DNA of 60,763 nucleotides, the filler included, from Catajapyx aquilonaris (taxonomy: Eukaryota), in the NCBI GenBank assembly GCA_000934665.2. It is 3 parts of 3 records of this genome, joined end to end, with 100 filler letters (N's around TTAATTAATTAA, not from the genome) between each part and the next. Parts side by side here need not be neighbours in the genome. Positions count along the whole stretch, not along the records: positions 1 to 19,578 come from JYFJ02006433.1; 2 more parts are not named here. One strand, given 5' to 3'. This document shows positions 1-11,659 of the stretch, one piece after another. Each line of letters starts with the position of its first letter. Position 1 is the first letter of the stretch. Below the pieces are notes generated by a model. That model worked only from the letters and a program-made list of their open reading frames with translations. It ran no database searches and was not told where the DNA came from. The position numbers and the translations under genes are program-made.

Positions 1-443
1 AAGATTTCGGCAATTTCATGACGTCACTTCCGCCTTGAGGCCCCATTGCGTCATCATTACATGTTGTTGTGGCTGTTGCCATTGGCACTGATTATTGTTG
101 CGAATATTGTCAACTGTGATTGTTGAGAAATGAACAAAGATTTCAGTCTGGCAATTGTCGACTGGCCACAGATACAAGCTGAAATCGTTGTTTATTTCTC
201 AACAATCACAGTCGACAATATTCGCACCAATAATCAGTGCCAATGGCAACAGCCACAATAACATGTAATGATGACGCAATGGGGCCTCAAGGCGGAAGTG
301 ACGTCATGAAATTGCCGAAATCTTGAAGGCGTCGTACGCAAAAACTATGCAAGTTAGCCCAAAACTACTTCCACATCCCTATATTAGTTTTGCGAGTCCT
401 ATCAGGCTACCTGGCGACTTTCCGCGAGTTTTTGAGCACCCTG
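1..443. mobile_element. Long palindromic Tc1/mariner-type MITE, left end outside window
   Basis: Bases 1-324 form a near-perfect inverted repeat centred near 162 (aagatttcggcaatttcatgacgtcac ... gtgacgtcatgaaattgccgaaatctt). The right arm ends in CACCCTG|TA at 437-445. Confidence 0.8.
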
Positions 444-447
444 TATA

Positions 448-720
448 CAGGGTGTTTATGAATTCATCTGCCAAAATGATATGGGTGATAGGGGGTGCGT
501 ATGGAAGAAGTATAGCATGGGTCTGAAAGGCCAGCGATGACGTTCACATTGTCAATGTTAAAGATCAACATCTCCAAAACGGCTAGTTGCCGGCCTTTCG
601 GACCCATGACATGCTTCCTCCATACGCACGCCCTATCATCCATATCATATTGGCATTCGTGCACTCCTTGTATAAACTAAAAGAGGCGTGAAGTGTTATT
701 ATTCATAATCTCACCCAATG
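448..720. mobile_element. Second TA|CAGGGTG palindromic MITE abutting the first
   Basis: Begins TA|CAGGGTGTTTATGAAT. Internal arms 470-535 and 589-654 are reverse complements. Degenerate right end attcataatctcacccaatgta at about 701-722. Confidence 0.65.
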
Positions 721-1876
721 TAGAAGTTCCAACACTGTACACCACAACTGACCTTAATTACAACAACTCAATCAATACTCACTACTTTTCATGGTCCTTT
801 TTAAAAAAAGTACGATTGTTAATATCATGTAAGTTGGAGCAATTTTCCAGTGTGTGACTTGGAAGAGAACTGCAAGAACCATTCAGACTTTCTCCACCAC
901 CAGGATACAGGAAAAGGACACTGGAAGGGTATAAAGTTGCAAGGTGTGTTCTGGGTGAACTGCTTTAGCCACATGTGCAAGAAGTTGAAGAACACAAATG
1001 TACCAAACCAGAAGCAAGCCACCCAAAGCATTAAACAAGAATACACCAGTCTGACAACATAGCTCTGTGAGAATGGTCAACCACCAGGAGTGAGAGACAA
1101 CAAGTGTTTTATTTCCAAATAAATAAATAAATAACAATCTGTATGCCAATAACAATCTAGACAGTCTGCCACCACACTTCAGTCCAGCACATTTCAAGTT
1201 AGGTTCTCATCATCGTCACACTCCTGGGCTATCGATACATAAAAAGCAAGACAGTATGTACACACAATAATGTCACTTCATGCTCACTGCATCCCACTGT
1301 ACTTGACTGAGATAACTCTGACGTAGAAATCAAATCAAATCAACAAATTTTCTACTGCAATAAATGCAGTCGTGTTAATGGCTCTGCATGTCAATGCAGA
1401 AAAATCTTCATATGAAATCTACATGAAATGGTTTGTTTTACTCACCATTAAATTAATATTAATCCATATTAATTTGCAATTTTAAAATGCCAACAAAATG
1501 AACATTCATTACAAATTATACTCAAAACTCTTAATATGACTACAATGAAAAGGTGATCTTGTGTCACTTTTCATATAACAGATGTCGTCAGAAAAAAACA
1601 TCCAAGCACACATTGCAACAAGCACAACACAAATGATCGTAACAATCATGAAAGCAAAACTACAAAATGTCTTCTATTTCAGCAGAAAGCAAAGGAGCCA
1701 GAATTGGAAGTAGCAAGGAGTGTTGAGCACAGGGTGGGCATATCTCAGCGAATAACTCCCTTTCTTTGATTATGTCTTGTCAGGTGATACTGAATAACCT
1801 CATTGCTGAAACCCCACTTTGTAAAAAATAATTAGTTGCTACCTGGAATTTCAATAGAACAGAGATCATGACTCAC

Positions 1877-4800
1877 CAGTTGTGAACCATGAGCTTCTGA
1901 ACAGCTACCAGAGCCTCATATCGGACATTTGAATCTTCATGGCTTAGGAGCTGCATCACCAGTTGCTTTCCTCCCAACTGCTCAATCACACTGATTTAAA
2001 AAAAAAAAAGAAAGAAAGAAAGAAAAAAAAAAGTTTATTGAACTCTAGAACGTCTAGATCATCAATGGTACACTTAGTTATTCTCATTAATATCATCAAC
2101 AATGACGGTGCTACCCTACATGCATGGGTTGCAAATCAGTGCACCGACTAAATATCAGCCTAAGTACACTTATCACTTTCATTATTTTTTGCGGTAGTGG
2201 TCCTAAAACTTGAAGCAAAATAATGTACTCTGCCATTTGTCACATGCAAAAATACAAAATCAAAGACTGCAGATCAGTGCTGTTACTCACTGCTTTCCAC
2301 GAGGATAATGCCTCACATACTCCCCAATGTCATAGGAAGCAACACTTAGAGCCAATGGGTCCTTTGCGGTCTCCAGAATGTGGATGAGGATCTTGAGTAG
2401 CTCATGACTCTTCTCATTGAGGCGCATTGCATTCTCCTGCCAGAACTTGGCAGATTTATGAACTGGGCTCCATTCCAAGCGTCCTGACCTTAACTCAGTT
2501 GCATACTCATCAAATGAGCTGAAAAATATGAATCAAAAATGAAATGCACTTTCTACCACTATTTGAAACAGCATTATTAATACAAGCGTGCTAAGAAAGT
2601 AAGGTTGACAAAATCTTATAATTACCTGAGATCCTGAACAGAAGCCTGAAGCTTCTCAGCAAGGAACACAATGTCTGAATTGAGATCTTCATCATCCACC
2701 TTTCGCTGCTCAAGGATGTCAAGGTGCTTCAGGACCTTGCTCTGGACCATAGCAATGCAGTTCTCCCTAGCAACTTGGTCATCCTGCGGCTTATCAATCA
2801 GATTCTAGAAAGTAGACACACAGGTAGTTACAGTATATTATACAGTAGTTAAAAAGTGCTTGTACTGTGCAAATAGAATACTCCAAGAGTACTGTATGAA
2901 ATAAATCAAAGCTCACGTAAGAGTATTATATTGTCCAATACTTTTGGCTCACATAAAATGTGTGGGCAAGTTAGCGCATTAGTGCATATTCACAGTCTGA
3001 ACAACACTCCCTCAAAGTGCACATCAGTCACTAGGCGTATTCCGCAATTCAGGAATCTGACTTCCTGGGCTGTTTGGATGTTCGGCAAATCAGGTGCCAC
3101 GCCCCCTGAAGTAAGTGCGCATGCGCCCTACCTGACTTCCCAAGCTCAGGAACTTAGTGTACTCCTGACCTCACTTACTGGCTGAGAAACATGGCGGACA
3201 ACAAATTCATGTTATGGATGCAGCAGTGTTGCCAATGCAAAATGCCCTAAAACCCCGCGAGAGGACCTGAAAATATACCCGATTTTACCCGCATTTTCAT
3301 TTTACCCGCAAGCGTCCGAAATACGGCACCGAAATACCCGAACATTGGCATCACTGGGATGCAGCACAAATGGCGGGTAGGGGGGTCTCTCAGTTCGGCC
3401 ATTCGGCAATAATCTTCTGAGGGGCGGGGCTAACAACTCAGATATCACGTGACGCATCTCAGAAAAATCTGAATTGCCGAATACGCCTAATACCATATGA
3501 TTCCTGCCAGTGTGTGTCATCCTGACTGGCTATCACTAGGACACCATTTCCAACAAAAACAATCACATGATGGTGTTAGCTCAGAAAAAAATCAACAAAG
3601 CCTAAAATGGATGTCAACAGGTTAAAAGTTTTTCTTTATCACAATTTTTTTGGCAACATGCAGTTGTTATTTTAGTGACATACATGGAAACGACCATGAC
3701 TCTGATTGCCACTATGGCCCTTATCAACTTGCCAACAGGTGAATATGTTCCCTAAAATTTTCCACCCCCAATTGCAAGGGCACATCTTACACAGTGTGGG
3801 AGACATAAAATAAAATCATAAACCCTCCTGAACAGTCCTGATAAATAGAAATCTACAAAAAAATCTCTTACATACCCGGTACACTGCCAGTATTATGCGG
3901 ATAACTTTTTCCTTCTCATTGTCTCGCAGGATGTCTGCCAAAATGGGAATCACCTTGTACCTAGTAAAGAGAATTCAACCATGGGGATTTAAAAACCAAG
4001 CCACATGACCAACTGAATATCCTGTAGTGTAGTAAAATTACGTACAATTGCAAGTGATTCCTGCATGTTGACACATATTTCTACGTGTTTTCAATTTGAT
4101 TTAGAGATGAAGCATTAGGTTTCAATTAACAACTGTACGAGATGATGGCCACTCCTCTTTCAAGTGTACATCTGATTACAATTAATTATGATTACATGTA
4201 CATGTAGGCCCCATTTTATGACTGGGTTAGGTTCCAGCAAAACAAGGTTGAAAAATGAAAAGTCATAAAACGAGGCCTGTACATGCCTCTTGATTCTGTT
4301 GCAATGAACCACAATAAACAAAAGATGTTACAGCAATGTGCTAATGTTTTTATTTTAAAATCTTCATATTTAGTTTTAAGTATTTCATTTCTTAAAGGTA
4401 CTTTTGAAAAGGTAGCACCATAAAACCAGGCCTATCTGTAGTAGTTTTCAATGCACAAGTAATGAAGCCTACTCTTCTTAACAAGTGATTACGTGGCCAA
4501 GTGTACACCTCAATATGCAAATGGCAAATGCCAAGAGAATGTTATACATAGATGACTGAGATGATATTCTATGTCTATACTCACTTTCCCATCTTCTCTG
4601 CAATGGCTGGATTAAAAGTGAGAACCCAAATGCAGAATGTGAGCTGGTACTGAATCTGGAAGTTGGGTGCTCCTGACAGCACACTCACAAGAGTGGACAC
4701 TCCATCCACTCCCATAAAGGCAAATCTGTACTCATCTATCCGCAGCATCATTTGCAAGCATCTCGCAACAGACTGAATATATTCATTTGCTGGCAACTGC

Positions 4801-7800
4801 AACTGGTCCTTCAGCCATGTCAAGTAGAAGTGGAGGTCAGACCCATCCATGAGCTCTCGACTCCAGCATGCCATCTTGGCCACAATTCTAGCCGTCATGT
4901 TCATAATGAAGGCATCTGGACGGTTCAGCAGGTTCAGAAATGGAGCCCACACTGACTCCTTCTTGCGACGGGAGTGTTCTTTGAATACTTCAGCCCTTGA
5001 CTTGTCCTCCTAAAAAGTAAATTTTATCAGGAAATTTGAAAACATTTTGGTTATTTGGCTACTGATTTGTTGAACAAAAAGGCATACACACAGCAGCATA
5101 GGATAGGAAATAGCTGATTGCTCAAACTGGTGGCACAGAGCAATACCTTTCAAACTGAATATTGCAATATGCAACCTGTGCTCATACACGCATACATCAA
5201 TTGCATAAAAGTACAGTTTAGTGAGCAAATGCAACTTGAAGAATCAGGAGGCATCTGCATTTGCTAATGATTTTAAATTACAGCTCTTGAAAGTTTCCAA
5301 AAATTTCCATGGCCATTTAAGGATTTAAAATTTTTAAAAGGCATGATTTTCAATCCCAGATTTCACAACTGAAGTAACAGTGACAGGATCATGGTAAGAT
5401 GGTGGGTCTGGACTGCTCTGAGTTTTGGGCTGAAATACACAAACCTGCAGCATATCATCAATCATGATGAGGATGTACTGGATGGTCTGGTCCTTGGATA
5501 TGTGTCCCAGAAGGTTGAGGAAGGTCTTTGCACACTGCGCACGCTGCTTCTGCAAGATGGCTACCTTTCCAGCAGTATCAGCATTGTCAAAAGAAACAAT
5601 GAACCCATAATCCTCCTGGGAGATCATCTGGGACTGGAGGTAGGACTGCCAGTTGACTCGCTGGGCTCGGATCTCCCCAGCACGCTGCTGGAGGACACTA
5701 GTGGCTGCCAGGACATCTGTAAATGATTGCACTAGGGTAATAATCCACTGTAACTGACGCAACACTTGGAAGGGATTCATGCTGTACTTATATTTATTGC
5801 AATGGCAAATGCCAATGGAAAATGAATTTAAAATTCTTCCCATGTGGCTGCCTCCTGGTAGCATATTACCATATTTTTAGAATTTCGCGACAGTAACTTG
5901 AATGTACTCCGTAAAATATTAATATAATGTAACTGACGCAACATGAAAAATACAAGCTCTCTGGCAGGTGCTGTAGTGACCTAAAAACCCTGTGAGCTGA
6001 ATGTGTTTAGAAGTAATGTTACAGCTGATATGTGATCTACACTCGAAAAGCAATTTTGTGATTATTTTAGACCACACCTATTTCTGTTCATGTTGTCAAG
6101 AAAAATTAGGATCAATGTAACTGACTCAACAAACAGTCAAAAGTTGCGTCAGTTACGGTTATTATATCTTGACTTTTCCATGGTTCTGCTGCTATCTGGT
6201 AGCAGAACGTTGCTACACCTACTTCATCTGACATAATGACGTAATGATTTGCTCTCAATATGCCATCTACCATCCCACAATACGCAACTTCATTTTTGGA
6301 TGAGGTCTCTGTTCCCATGGAATTACTTATTATTAATGATCCTACTGCTCCTCACACATTAAAGTCACAGTTTCTTCTTCATCTTTCTTCCTTAATTTCA
6401 TTAAGATTGGGTTTCCATCATACAACTGCATTCTAACACTTGGCTCAGTAGGGCTCAACCTTTTCATGGAGTGAGCCATTGTGTGGGTTCCAGATTATAT
6501 TCCGGAAGTCACACCACATGTCCCAAAGTCGGACGGTCGGACGCTCCGAGTAGTGGTTTGAGACCGCAGCAGCTGGTGTAATGGGCCAAAGTAACTTGAC
6601 CAGTTGGCCTGGACATTACAAAATGAGCCGACAAAATTTAATACAAAACGACGATGCAAAAGCGCATCAGACTTATTGTAGTACCAGGATCAGCGGCGTA
6701 TGGAGGGGAAGGGGGTTGGGGGAGATGTAATCATAAAATATTTCATTTTTTGTGATGTAGGCTATGCCAACTTGTCAGTACAAAAATGGAAAAACTAATC
6801 TACAGTTCTGGACATCAGTAGGCCTATCACTACCGCTTGTGTCACCATTTTCTTTGCTAGAATCAGATTCCACCGCAGTAAAAGTGCAACAAAGCAGGGG
6901 TTTTTTTTCTGAGTTTTAAAATTACTTCTCATCGTGACCCATTTCTTTTTCCCATGTTGAATAATTATGTTGACTACAACTTGTACTATAATTATTATCC
7001 CATGCACACATTTTTCTGGTATTTATACCTTGAATATATTACACTCTTTGTATATATTTCAGCCAATTCTGAATCTGTTGGGTCATTTGCCAGTTGTAAT
7101 TATTTTGCATTTTGCTGTCCTTTTCAGCATTTTCATTTAAATAACTGGCAGATGTCAATGAACTGGATGGAAATAATATTTTGGATGTCTAAATTTTGAG
7201 CATGTTGACGAAAGGAACCAAGCAGCATGCAAACCAGTTCAAAATAAATAACTGGTCAGTTACATTCACCTAAGCTTGCGCGAGCTTGAACAGCAAAAAA
7301 AAAAAATCGCCTGCCGCGGACCTCTTCGCTCTTCCCTCACAACCCCCCCCCCCCNNNNNNNNCCTCCCCACACGCACACACACACAAATTTTCTGGCCAC
7401 GCCGCTGATGGCCTGCCTTAATTTACAAGAGTTCAACCACTTGAAGTCAACGGATTCAATGTGCGAGGGGATACTGACTGGAGTTCGAAAACAAGGACTC
7501 AACGGGCCTTGATCCCCTCTTCCACTTGCTATTTTATCTGAAACCAACTAATTATGGTTGGAAATGCCGGGACAGGCTCCATGCCATTCAGGCCCTAACC
7601 ATTGTTTGATGGACTATAATTCCCAAGTACTTGGCTGGAGCTTTCTCATGGCTTAAACTCCTGCCAATGTGACAGTAGCAACTGGCCTTTAAAACTGAGG
7701 TGTGTGGAGGTTGGAATGAGCAAATGATCTGAACAGCTGCAAGTGACCAGATAAAACTTATGCTAGTTTTCCTTATAAAAACTGGTGGTGGTGGTGGTGG

Positions 7801-7882
7801 GCATGACCGTACCCCTCTTCTCGATGTCGTCTGGCAGCGACGACATGACGGAATCGGCAATTTTGCTGGCCTCGAACGACAT
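1877..7882 (-). CDS. ATP6V1H: V-type proton ATPase subunit H (VhaSFD), 7 coding exons seen, terminal exon not located in window
   Basis: Exons 7882-7813 ([23 protein letters not shown]), 5716-5445 ([33 protein letters not shown]), 5009-4585, 3960-3876, 2804-2626, 2518-2291 ([31 protein letters not shown]) and 1990-1877 ([38 protein letters not shown]). All have GT-AG junctions with consistent phase. The motifs are hallmark subunit H sequence. The first exon is less certain than the rest. Confidence 0.96.
3032..3489. mobile_element. Non-autonomous DNA element with 20-bp TIRs, interrupted by a younger insertion
   Basis: TAGGCGTATTCCGCAATTCA at 3032 and TGAATTGCCGAATACGCCTA ending at 3489 (one mismatch). 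Lies in a V-ATPase H intron. Confidence 0.6.
3224..3356. mobile_element. hAT/P-type MITE with 8-bp TSD
   Basis: TIRs CAGTGTTGCCAATG / CATTGGCATCACTG, flanked by an exact direct repeat GGATGCAG (3216-3223 and 3357-3364). Confidence 0.8.
5733..6170. mobile_element. Old DNA-transposon derivative with repeated subterminal 14-mer
   Basis: GTAACTGACGCAAC at 5750 and 5929, a variant at 6117, and an inverted copy GTTGCGTCAGTTAC at 6143-6156. Confidence 0.45.
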
Positions 7883-8084
7883 CCTTCTGCTCTACTATCT
7901 CTCGGATCAGGATGAAGAAGGCAGGGGGATCAACTACGGGGCCCTGTGAAATGTGAGGCCGCTACTTCTGGCCACTGCTCTGCTTCCAGCAATTGGGTCT
8001 GTCGTCGTCGGCTGGAGGAGGGTCACAGGCTTTGGTCACAGGCAGCGGAGTCAGTCGACACCCAGCAGAATCCAGTAACAAAAC

Positions 8085-8214
8085 CTCGTGACCAGCAGCA
8101 GCAGCTCCCCGTGACTCGGCCCATCCCCGCCAGTGGCGCCACTGCTCCTCTCGTGTGACGTCACCACCGCGCGCTCTTCTTTTCAGCAGGGACCCAACTG
8201 TGGTGTGTCACGAG
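8085..8214. promoter_or_regulatory. Cluster of GTCACG/CRE-like motifs upstream of the V-ATPase H start codon
   Basis: CTCGTGAC 8085, CCGTGAC 8109, palindrome CAGTGGCGCCACTG 8131-8144, GTGACGTCAC 8155-8164 and GTCACGAG 8207, in a GC-rich patch. Function is inferred only. Confidence 0.3.
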
Positions 8215-11200
8215 GGAGATATTCAGCACAGATCTGACCCTGAAAACTTGAGGAAACAGTACTAATGCACACTATGTTAATGTTGCTGATATAATTTATT
8301 ACAGTCAGACAGTCCAGTTTTATATTTGTGCCCTCGTCAGAAAAAAAGAGAATATAATACATGTCCAGTCTCCACATTCAAGTTATTATCATGACAGTGA
8401 CTCAAGTAACACTTCCATTGTCATGATCACAGTGTGGTATCACAAGCCCAAACATGACAGTACATCTGGAACCACATTATGAATTTTACATTTATATTTT
8501 GAAATGTAGGGTGTGTATATAGCTGCTCCATAAACAGTCTGATTATTTGTCAGTGTTTCCCTGCAACACTGATTGCACTCACACAATCCCGATCGGATAA
8601 AGAGATATATTTATTCGGTTTGAACAAAGGCAGCCTTAGAGTACAAGTTTTCTGCTGACCAGTTGATAAGGAACAATCTACCAATATAAGCATTGCAATT
8701 ACGAAGGTGATTCAAATGAAAATATGTTAATCAGAAGTGTGTGAATTTGTTTGCAAATGCAGAGAAGGATGCGAGACAGACTTGAGGAAGATCTCACCTA
8801 CAACCACTTATTTGGTTGACATCCAGGCAACAATCCAGGCAGTACAAATTAAATCTGACTCCCACAACACATACTGGCCCCCTTTCTGACAAGATTTTGC
8901 ATAGGAGGCGGCAACAAGAAAAAGCAAGGCAAGAACATTGAATAATTACAGAATTATCCACATGGACATCCCAAGCATATGTAGATACCATTATCCCTAT
9001 GCTCATGCAACTGACTGTCTGACATGTTTGCCCAAATAACTGCTGCAATAATCCAAGCCCTCAAAGAATAACTTCTAACTCTGATGGTTGTCAGTGACAT
9101 GCAATTCTGCCCATAGGCTATGCACAGCTTGCAGTAGATGTCATATGACTATCCTTTTCAAAGTCACAAACCACAGTACAAGCTATTGCTCAACAAACAT
9201 GCTTTCATTCTTCTGCTCTCCTTAGGTATGAGTAATGTTTTGCATCTCGACTGCTATCAAAGTTGCCCGTTGTCAACCAAAGTTGTGCGCACATAAAAGA
9301 GGTGGATCACCAGGGACATTTGTCTACATTTTCGCATATCCAGATCGGCACAGGTTGATTGGCTCACTTCATAATATATTACCATACCACTGTGGCACCT
9401 ATCTTTGGCAAAGCAGTTGCTAGGCTGTTTGAAAAGTGTCAGAAGACAGACATCTGGTCCTGCACAAGGCTAGCCCAAAATAAGTGGGTTCTTGGAGAGA
9501 TACGCTGGACTCGCTCAACAATGGTGTTTAATCCAGCTCAGACTGGAGACATCACCAACTTTTACAGTGATGGACCTCCCCCGTGACATGTTTGGCACAC
9601 TGCCACTCTGACATGGGGGAAGTCCCCCAGCCCCAGCCAGGTGTTACCCTACCTCTTGTATGGAAAATGCAACAAGTATCCTGTGATTTAACTGGAGCGA
9701 TGTATTAAGTTACTCATAAAATATGTTGACATTAAGAAGTTACTCTTAAAAACCTACTTTCTTGGGGAAGTAAAAAGCATAAAAAGACTGAACTGAAGCA
9801 TCCTAGCAGCAGATAAAATTAGAATACAGGACCTGGATCTCCCATTGCACCCATGCCTTGGAACCTGAATTTTGAACCCCTCCACCTGATTTCCAGATGA
9901 CCTCATTTTATTGGACAACCGGTTTCATAAAGTTGAGTGATATTATTTCTTCCAGCCTCATCCATTATGGATAACAAGAAGCCGGTATAACATAATTGAG
10001 TGACCGGTTGGTTCAAAAACCAAAATTGATAAACCACAATGTGTTTGAGGACAACTTGAGATTCGACCTGAAGAATCACTGGCTGAAATGGGCGATTGGA
10101 GGTCACAAATAATTGTGCTTTTTGTGCACATTTCAAACAGCATGATGCAGACACCACAGTGACTGGTTCTATTAACACAAATGAATGTGGTTGGAATTGC
10201 CTCAGCAAATACTTTTGCTTTGAAGCAAAATTCACACGCAATTCCACACATTTCTGCCTCACCCTGGTACAAACACAAACCTAAATTAGAAGTCACTTCA
10301 TACATGCTACATACACTTCTGGAATACAATGCTGTACATGTAAATCCTACCTACATCTACGCTCTTAGCACTTCCACAGCCTTGAAAGGTTACCCTTCTA
10401 TAAAATCCATCAGTCTGTGCATCATTCTTGCTAACCCTTATTGTAGTTATACTTACAGTTATAAGCTGCAAGACATATTATGATTTACTAGAACCCAGCA
10501 AAGTAGGCCTACCATATTTAGAGCAGGATTGAATCTCCAGAGAAGTAGACATGTGCTGCACTGCAGTACACTATGTGAATGTAAGTTATACCTGACTTAT
10601 TGGTCACACACAATCACAAAACATTTAAAAATAATTCAATCTCAAGAGCACAACTCTGAAGGTAATTAGTACAGTATATTTCATAATGAACAGTACCCCT
10701 GTTTTATGTCCATGTCATGCATGGGAAGAATGTTACATTACCAGTTACAATATAAAATCAGTTAACCAAATGAGCAGTGGGACATTTTGCTTAATGATTG
10801 TTGAGATATGTGTGCAAGTGAATCAAGTGATCTTATCTACTAAAATGCATTGGCCTTGTGCACAGCAGGAGTCTTACCAGAGTCACACAAACTGACCACA
10901 TCTCAGACAACAGGTCCAATTACATAGGCTTGATTCACATATGGGTTTAAACATGCATATCGTACATTTATTCCCATAAAGACACATTTTTATTTCCAAT
11001 ACTGCATTATAATAATTGTCCCTTGCAATCCCAAACAGAGCGTAACAAAACATACACTAATCGTGCTTGCAAATTAACAGGAACTTAACTTAACACATCT
11101 ATTCAATGCCCTGAATGCAGTACATCAACTGATTTCGAGTTACATATCACTGGATGTAATGGTTTAGTTTGTGTTCATGCATCTACAGCGGTTGCACCCA

Positions 11201-11659
11201 TAAAATGTTCCATAAAATGTTGCTAGTTTAAAAAAGCATTGTACAGTAATTCTTCCATTCAAGGAAATGACTGAGTCTTGCACAGCACACTCCACCAACG
11301 ATCTTTTCCCATGCCCGTCCGTCACAAAAGCTCAAGTGGTGCAACCGTGACTGTCACTTCAAGAGTGTTTTATTATCATCAAGTTATCACTCAATTCACA
11401 CAAATGAAGATAGATCCAATTTAGGCAAAAGAGCAATAAATGCAATTGAATTTTTATACAAAAATGATTCTGCTCTGTCTTGGAAATAAGTTCGGCACAC
11501 CTAGAGACGTATCACTCATTTAAAAAAGGAAGAAAGAAAAATCCAACCTTAGAGCATGAGACATGGTGGAGGAAAGGCAAGAAATAAAAGAATGGAAAAT
11601 CATCAAACTAAACAATAAAAATGCAACGAGATACATGTGTTCAGTGAATTTCACCATCC

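Noticed and set aside
1843..1876. Tiny terminal intron ending V-ATPase H at ...HNW*
   Set aside because: A 34-nt intron is implausibly short. The conserved EYLG-type tail is probably upstream of position 1.
8700..9600. Mariner element starting TACGAAGGTGATTCAAATGAAAA
   Set aside because: TIR-like start only. No partner TIR or recognisable transposase frame found.
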